A DNA stretch of 64,000 bases, taken from positions 32,001 through 96,000 of the forward strand of contig JBPCLP010000011.1 in the NCBI GenBank assembly GCA_051003195.1, read 5' to 3'. The notes beneath the pieces were generated by a model, which was not told the DNA's origin, ran no database searches, and saw nothing but the letters and a program-made list of their open reading frames with translations. Of this stretch, positions 58,178 through 64,000 are shown piece by piece (positions within the stretch are counted from its first letter, which is position 1; each line of letters begins with the position of its first letter). Source of the stretch: Candidatus Sumerlaeaceae bacterium. GTDB taxonomy: Bacteria > Sumerlaeota > Sumerlaeia > Sumerlaeales > Sumerlaeaceae. The position numbers and the translations under genes are program-made.

Positions 58178-59304
58178 TACAGAGCTACCGCAGAAGTGAG
58201 TTGAAATACCGGTGTTCGCTTTTCTGCACGTTCCGCTTCTTCAAAACTGTCGCCGCTGCCAACCGGCCATACGCGAACTGTATACTCTACCAGCCGTGGA
58301 ACCTCGCGTGTTTCGCGCATCCATTTCGCCCTGGTTCCCTGGAATGAACTCGCGAATCGAAATGAAACCTGGCTCTGAAACCTGTCCGAATTCGGGCCAA
58401 GCGAACGACGCCGCGCACCTGGCGCGAAAGTACTGCCCAGGGAACTTTGTTCGAGGAAGGCGTGGCTGGGGACGGGGCCAAGACCGCGCGAATTTCGTAT
58501 CGCTGACACGACCTTGCCCGGATCTGATCCGCTCCCAAGCGAATACACAACCACCTCCGCGGCGGAAAAACGCTCCTCGCCACTCGCGGGGCGCTTTGCG
58601 GCTCCGGCTTGTACGGTTGCCGGATTCGCACCGACTTGAGCCGGCGCAGGTTGTTTGGGTTCCGCTGCGGCAGGTTCAACTGGAGCAGGTGCACTTGGAG
58701 CACTTGACGCGGATATCGAAACTGACGTGGCAGCAGCCACAGAGGCCTGCGAAGCTGGTGATCCGCTATTTGCAACTGTCGCCGCAGGAACTGGCGGCAC
58801 AACGACGGAAGTCGTCGTTCCGAGAATTCCCTGTATCGAAGCGGGCGCCGACGTGAAGTCGGTGCGGCTGGCAGTAGGCAAGCGCTCGGGCGATGCTTCC
58901 TCAATGGCCCTGGTGGATGTCTCCATCGAATCCGGGGTGACGGGTGCAACGCTGCGCGATGAGGTCGTCATGAGAAGTGTGCTCGAACTGATTGCCGCAA
59001 TGCTCGCAGGCAAAGTGGACGTGGTGGCTCCGCCCCCAGCGGTCGGCTCATTCGGACCGGCGCCTCCAGAAAACGCGCCTTCAAGTTCTTCAGGAGCAAC
59101 ACGGAAACGTAACGTTCGCTCCACCGACTGGCTGATCAACAGCGCTTCCTGGTGCATTTGCTCGACTGCGGTGATCCGGTCGCTTTCGCGCTGCGTCACC
59201 ATCAACGTATTTAGTATAAGACCAAAAACCACCGTGGACAGACTCATAACCACAAGCGCCTCTATCAGCGTCATCGCCCGGCTACGCTGGCTGAGTTGGT
59301 TCAC
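58177..59304 (-). CDS. PilW/GspJ-like minor pilin with long S/T/A/P-rich insert
   Basis: RA|MTLIEALVV prepilin motif; low-complexity middle region. Confidence 0.7.
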   Translation of the reverse strand: MNQLSQRSRAMTLIEALVVMSLSTVVFGLILNTLMVTQRESDRITAVEQMHQEALLISQSVERTLRFRVAPEELEGAFSGGAGPNEPTAGGGATTSTLPASIAAISSSTLLMTTSSRSVAPVTPDSMETSTRAIEEASPERLPTASRTDFTSAPASIQGILGTTTSVVVPPVPAATVANSGSPASQASVAAATSVSISASSAPSAPAPVEPAAAEPKQPAPAQVGANPATVQAGAAKRPASGEERFSAAEVVVYSLGSGSDPGKVVSAIRNSRGLGPVPSHAFLEQSSLGSTFAPGARRRSLGPNSDRFQSQVSFRFASSFQGTRAKWMRETREVPRLVEYTVRVWPVGSGDSFEEAERAEKRTPVFQLTSAVAL

Positions 59305-59750
59305 AGTACTTTAGCCGCTCCCGCGACAGGCGGCAAGTACACGGTGCCCTGCACCTGCGCAAGGGTGCTGGTGCTCGAGAGGTCTGGCCCCGCGCCAACT
59401 TGCACCATAACACTGATGCCTGGCTGCGGCGCGTCCTGCAACGTCAGATGTGCCTTCCAGCTGTAGCGCGAGTTCTGCTCAAACACCTCTGTGCCTGTCG
59501 CAGGCAACACAATTTCTCGCGCGCCATTTGAGAACAGTGGCGGCAAATTCTCCCGGGCGCAACGCAGTTCCTGCAGCTTGAGTTGTGCAAGAGCGGTAGC
59601 CTGCATGCGCTTATGCGTAAGAGAGGACGTGTGGCGTGCAGATGCAACAAGGTCTGCAGCGCCATAAAGGCCAAAAGCCAGTATGGCGAGCGCGACCACA
59701 ATCTCGATGATATTAAAACCGCGAAAGCTGCACGTTGTCTTCAATTGCAA
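59301..59750 (-). CDS. PilV/GspI-like minor pilin
   Basis: RG|FNIIEIVVALAILAFG; ATALAQLKLQEL. Confidence 0.75.
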   Translation of the reverse strand: MQLKTTCSFRGFNIIEIVVALAILAFGLYGAADLVASARHTSSLTHKRMQATALAQLKLQELRCARENLPPLFSNGAREIVLPATGTEVFEQNSRYSWKAHLTLQDAPQPGISVMVQVGAGPDLSSTSTLAQVQGTVYLPPVAGAAKVL

Positions 59751-59820
59751 AACCCGGGGTAGGATGCTTTATAAGCAGTGCTTGAATGAAGATAAGTTGT
59801 CCGTGCGAATGCCTGTCAAA

Positions 59821-60840
59821 ATGAAACTGCGATACTGTTTAGGCTTCCCCCTGCTGCTGGTGTGCCTGCATGCAATAGTGATGCCCGCCCATGGGCAGGC
59901 CACAACTGCCACTTTGAGCGCCATAGCTGGCTTCGACAGCACGGCACCCACCACGGGCACGGCATTTCGGATTGGCTGCCTGCGTTATGACCCCGATACA
60001 CGCATTTCTGTCGAGCTGGCCCAGCAGCTCGCGGCTTCCCTGCGGGCCAATGAAAAAGTTCGGGCAGCCATGCAGCAGGAAGGCGTCAGCGAAATCCAGG
60101 TCCAAAGCTTCGACTCGCACCGCTGGCTGATGGAAGCGATGGACGGCGAGCAGGTAGACCTCGCCTTTTGCTCGCTGGTCGATTTTGGATACCAGACCGG
60201 CGGATATCTCGCCATTTTCCTGCTGAGGCTGCCGCATGATCGGCCGGGCAGGAACCGGCTGTTCCATTATGGCTCGATATTTGTAAATAACCGCAGCAGC
60301 CTGTTTAGGGTTCCGGACCACGAGATTCCGGCCAGGCTGTCAGAATACCTGGCGTCACACGAAATCGCGCTTGTCGGCCCTTACAGCGCCGCGGGCTACT
60401 TTTACCCCCTGCTGAAGATCCACGAGATAACGAGTGGGACTCTCATTCAACCGCGTGCGCAATTCTGGGGAAGTTCTGAAGAAGTCGTCAAAGCGGTCAT
60501 TAATGGAACCGTCGAGATTGGCACCTGCGATGCCGGCGTGCTGGATGAGGTTTTGCGCGCCAGCAATTTATTGGATCGCCGCCAGGAACTGATCCGGGAG
60601 ATTAAGAAAGTCGAACGTGTTCCGCCTGATCCTGTAGCATTATTGCAGAAGTGGGCTCCAAAATCTTCGCCGCTTGGCCGCAGCGTACGCGACGCGACAC
60701 GAAAGTTCTTCGATGAACTTAAGCCGCCTTTGCCCCGGCTAATGCCCTCGCCGGATGACTGGGAATTCAACAGGGAGCTACGACAGAACATCACGCGGTT
60801 TGACGAAATACGAAAAGCCGTAGATACCGGCGCAAAATAG
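59821..60840 (+). CDS. PhnD/SsuA-like periplasmic substrate-binding protein
   Basis: Signal peptide; VDLAF, Y.S.FV, SAAGYFYP, GSSEEVVKAVING.V..G. Confidence 0.7.
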   Translation: MKLRYCLGFPLLLVCLHAIVMPAHGQATTATLSAIAGFDSTAPTTGTAFRIGCLRYDPDTRISVELAQQLAASLRANEKVRAAMQQEGVSEIQVQSFDSHRWLMEAMDGEQVDLAFCSLVDFGYQTGGYLAIFLLRLPHDRPGRNRLFHYGSIFVNNRSSLFRVPDHEIPARLSEYLASHEIALVGPYSAAGYFYPLLKIHEITSGTLIQPRAQFWGSSEEVVKAVINGTVEIGTCDAGVLDEVLRASNLLDRRQELIREIKKVERVPPDPVALLQKWAPKSSPLGRSVRDATRKFFDELKPPLPRLMPSPDDWEFNRELRQNITRFDEIRKAVDTGAK

Positions 60841-60888
60841 TTTCGAAGTTCTTGCGCTGCCTGCTATGCGCCATTCTAAAATGGCCTT

Positions 60889-62112
60889 ATGACGACCACA
60901 TTTCCATCCAGCGAAACGAGCTTTGTCATTCCTGCCGGCTTCAGGTGGGCCGGTATTCCTGCGGGAATTAAATACAAGGACCGTCGCGACTTTGGGATTT
61001 GCATCGCCGACAAACGGTGCGCGACCGCGGCTGTTTTTACGCAGAACCAGTTCGCTGCGGCGCCCGTACAGCTTTCGCGCCAGGTGCTGGAGCGCAGCGT
61101 AGGATTCGCGCAAGGCATCGTCGTGAACTCAGGTTGTGCAAATGCTGCGACTGGGAAGGAGGGACTGCAAAACGCGCGCGGCATGGCAGCGTTCGCCGCT
61201 GCAGCATTCGGGTTGGACTCAACCACTCCCCTGCTGGTCTGCTCCACAGGCACGATCGGCACGCAGCTTCCAATGCCCGCAATTCACGCGGCGGTCGACA
61301 AAACTGTGGCCGCGGCCAGTGCCAGCGCCACGGCGTTCATGGATTTTGCCACTTCAATCCTGACAACCGACACCTGCCACAAAATCGCATCGACGAGTTT
61401 CCAGCTCGATGGCCAGGAAGTACGAATCCTGGCATGCGCCAAGGGATCGGGCATGATGCAGCCAAAGATGGCTACCATGCTGGCATTTTTGTTTACCGAT
61501 GCGCAGATGGATCCCATCGCGCTTCAGGAATGCCTGTCGCACGCCAACGAACGCAGCCTGAATTGCGTCACCGTCGACGGTGATACCAGCACTAACGACA
61601 CAGCCATACTCATGGCAAGCGGCAGCAGCGGAGCCGATACATCCAGGAGTCACGCACGGGAGATGTTTTCGGAGGCTTTGCTCCAGGTTCTGCAATCCGT
61701 GTCCAAACAGCTGGCACGCGATGGCGAAGGCGCTTCGAAGCTGATCGAGGTGGAAGTAAGGGGCGCACACGATTTCATTTCTGCGCGAAGCTGTGCATTG
61801 GCAGTCGCAAACTCGCCGCTGGTAAAAACCGCCGTCTATGGTCGAGACGCCAACTGGGGGCGCATCGCCATGGCGATCGGAAACGCCAATGTTCCTTTCC
61901 AGGTGGACAACGTAACGATTTCGCTGGGTGACCTGGTTCTCTTTCAGGCGGGTGCCCCATTGCCGTTCGACGAAGCGGAGGCGCTGGCAATTCTGACGGA
62001 GGACTTCGTACGAATTAACGTGGAACTCGGCACAGGTGCGGAAGGCGCCACCGTGTGGACATGTGACCTGACAGAAAGATACATCGAGATTAACGGTTCG
62101 TACCGAACGTGA
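60889..62112 (+). CDS. argJ: Ornithine acetyltransferase / N-acetylglutamate synthase
   Basis: AVFTQN.FAAAPV, NSGCANA.TG, KGSGM..P.MATML, DGDTSTND, DGEGA, WTCDLT..YI.ING.YRT. Confidence 0.95.
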   Translation: MTTTFPSSETSFVIPAGFRWAGIPAGIKYKDRRDFGICIADKRCATAAVFTQNQFAAAPVQLSRQVLERSVGFAQGIVVNSGCANAATGKEGLQNARGMAAFAAAAFGLDSTTPLLVCSTGTIGTQLPMPAIHAAVDKTVAAASASATAFMDFATSILTTDTCHKIASTSFQLDGQEVRILACAKGSGMMQPKMATMLAFLFTDAQMDPIALQECLSHANERSLNCVTVDGDTSTNDTAILMASGSSGADTSRSHAREMFSEALLQVLQSVSKQLARDGEGASKLIEVEVRGAHDFISARSCALAVANSPLVKTAVYGRDANWGRIAMAIGNANVPFQVDNVTISLGDLVLFQAGAPLPFDEAEALAILTEDFVRINVELGTGAEGATVWTCDLTERYIEINGSYRT

Positions 62113-62125
62113 CGGACACTTACCT

Positions 62126-63466
62126 ATGAGCAGGGTGCTGGTGCTTACAACCGAGCCGCTGCCTTTACCGGGAACTGCAACCACGGGCGCAGGGTTGCGT
62201 GCGTGGGGACTTGCTGAAGGTTTGCGCTCGGCGGGGATGGACGTGATAATAGGCACCCCGATCTATGGTGACGATGAGTCGCCGGCTCCCGACCCGGTGG
62301 TTTCTCACGTGCGGATTTTCCGACGCAATGCAATCGCAAAACTGCTGGATGAAGTGCATCCGGATGTGCTCGTTCTTCAACATTGGGGAATGGCGGCAGA
62401 GGTGCCGGAGCTTTCGATTCCGCTCGTGCTGGACCTGGCCGGTCCGCACCTCCTCGAGCGGAAATATTGGGGCAGCGCAAATCCGGAGCACGACTTGCAG
62501 GAAAAACTCTCGGCCATTCGCCGCGCTGATTTCATCACCTGCTCAGGTTATTATCAAAGACACTATTTCTATCCATACCTGGAGATGGCCGGCTACGACA
62601 CTGCCAGGTTTCCGGTTCCGGTGATTCCCTTTTCAGTGCCACCTGCGGCATCAGAGAAGCAACCCGCTGCCGCGAATCTTGCGGGGCCGACATTTGTTTA
62701 TGGCGGCGCTTTTCTCGCGTGGCAGGACCCGACCCGCGCCATCACATGGCTGCTGCAGGAAATGGACGACGTCGGCCGGGGACGCCTGCTCTTCTACGGA
62801 GGTTCTCACCCCGTGCTCGACGCATCGGCCGCTAAATTTACTGAACTCGTCGACATGCTTTCGAATCATCCACGCGTGGATATGCGCGGGTGGAAGCCGT
62901 TTGATGAATTGCTTCAGGAATATCGCGCGGAAGGTCACGTGGCACTGGACCTGATGACACGAAACCCAGAGCGCGAACTTGCGTTCACTACGCGCACGAT
63001 GATCTACCTGCATTGCGGTCTTCCAGTTATCTACAACGACTACTCGGAAGTGTCGCAGCTCATCCATAACGCAAAGGCCGGCTGGACGCTGGACCCCGAC
63101 GACGAACACGCCTTTCGAACTCTCGCGAAGCGAATTCTCAGCGGGAAAGAAGCCCTTGCGGAGCTTTCTGTGAACGCAGTTCAGTTATCCACCGAATACG
63201 ATTGGACGAAAACCGTGACGCCGTTGCTCGACTTCTGCACGATGCCGAAAATGCGCGAAGGCCGCGTTGAGTTCGCACTCGCCCATGAGATGAAACTACA
63301 CGATACGCTCAACGCGTCATCATCGGGCCGCAGAATTACACCCATGAGCCTTCTGGTCAAATACGTGCGGCCGGGTCGTCTCGCGGCACCGTTCCTGTAT
63401 CTTGCGACGTGGCCGATCTCGCTGTACATCCGGCTTCGACTCCATGCAAGCTCGCGCCATTCCTGA
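62126..63466 (+). CDS. Glycosyltransferase (GT-B/GT4-like)
   Basis: TGAGLRAW.LA, ADFITCS, YGG....WQDP, TTR...YL.CGLPVI, YDW. Confidence 0.7.
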   Translation: MSRVLVLTTEPLPLPGTATTGAGLRAWGLAEGLRSAGMDVIIGTPIYGDDESPAPDPVVSHVRIFRRNAIAKLLDEVHPDVLVLQHWGMAAEVPELSIPLVLDLAGPHLLERKYWGSANPEHDLQEKLSAIRRADFITCSGYYQRHYFYPYLEMAGYDTARFPVPVIPFSVPPAASEKQPAAANLAGPTFVYGGAFLAWQDPTRAITWLLQEMDDVGRGRLLFYGGSHPVLDASAAKFTELVDMLSNHPRVDMRGWKPFDELLQEYRAEGHVALDLMTRNPERELAFTTRTMIYLHCGLPVIYNDYSEVSQLIHNAKAGWTLDPDDEHAFRTLAKRILSGKEALAELSVNAVQLSTEYDWTKTVTPLLDFCTMPKMREGRVEFALAHEMKLHDTLNASSSGRRITPMSLLVKYVRPGRLAAPFLYLATWPISLYIRLRLHASSRHS

Positions 63467-63469
63467 ATA

Positions 63470-64000
63470 ATGCCGAACCAGAAATCGCCGCTGTTATTGA
63501 TCGCCTGCGCCGTGGCTTGCTTGTTTCTGCTCCTCGTGGCTCTGCGGCACGAGGCGTCGAAGCCAGTTCAGGATTTTTCGGAAGAACGCATTTCTGACGA
63601 GGAGATGGAAGATTCGGGCGGAGCTGGCACGTCGACGAAGATTACTCGTGTTGCTAAAATAGAAGCGCCGCCAGTCGTTAAAAATCGAAAACCGCCGCAG
63701 GAGTTCCTGGCGCAGAAGGTTGAGAACTTTGAGGCGGAACAGAAACGCGCATTTGGAGATTCATTTGTAGGTGGAAAAGTGCGGGATGATCGCAACGAAG
63801 GTATTCCGGGCGCGCGTGTTCTGCTGTACGAAAACGACCCAAATACCACAAACCCGCCGCTACGCGAAGCGACTGCCGACCAGGATGGCTCGTTTACTCT
63901 CACGCAACTGCACGACGGCGACAGGCAGTTTATCGTAGTTGCCCGCGCGGATGGCTATGCCCCGGAAGCGCAGCGGGTTCGAATTGCGGGCGCTCCCACG
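63470..64000 (+). CDS. Membrane-anchored protein with carboxypeptidase-regulatory-like domain, 3' truncated by window edge
   Basis: MPNQKSPLLLIACAVACLFLLLV...GGKVRDDRNEGIPGARVLLY...TADQDGSFTL...ARADGYAP; open to window end. Confidence 0.7.
   Translation, partial: MPNQKSPLLLIACAVACLFLLLVALRHEASKPVQDFSEERISDEEMEDSGGAGTSTKITRVAKIEAPPVVKNRKPPQEFLAQKVENFEAEQKRAFGDSFVGGKVRDDRNEGIPGARVLLYENDPNTTNPPLREATADQDGSFTLTQLHDGDRQFIVVARADGYAPEAQRVRIAGAPT

Overview
Bacterial chromosomal window, GC-rich overall. The lineage is inferred to be Candidatus Sumerlaeota/BRC1-like, from the GspG-type pilin 'GFTLIELLIVVAIIAILAAIAVPNFLEAQTRAKVSR' and short Trp-containing C-terminal tails; this is not verified. Both flanks carry mostly housekeeping genes: bcp, an M16 peptidase pair, gltD, pgk, comF, purN, purB, a MoxR/DUF58 operon, pssA/psd, mltG, dgt, clpC, TPP riboswitch-thiC, a T2SS/T4P-like pilin-GspE-GspF operon and argJ. 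Two convergent tRNA-Arg genes (29562+, 48223-) bracket an ~18.5 kb accessory region. It holds secreted proteins, a MITE-flanked succinate dehydrogenase operon, an ECF sigma factor fused to extracytoplasmic domains, a PAS/PP2C phosphatase, a pseudopilin, a PGRP-like amidase and a glycoside hydrolase. Main signals: (1) a short C-terminal motif S-x-[AVI]-x-[DE]-W-x-x-[YFL]-(E)-stop on unrelated secreted proteins (4 full matches plus 1 degenerate copy), a candidate secretion/sorting signal, in one case directly upstream of a pseudopilin gene; (2) two 'collapsed' loci in which the gene start is joined directly to that tail; (3) a 160-bp MITE sitting in a palindromic TTCGGGGACNGTCCCCGAA-like context, two near-identical copies of which flank the sdh operon like a composite transposon. 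No CRISPR array, rRNA, transposase, integrase or reverse transcriptase was recognised.
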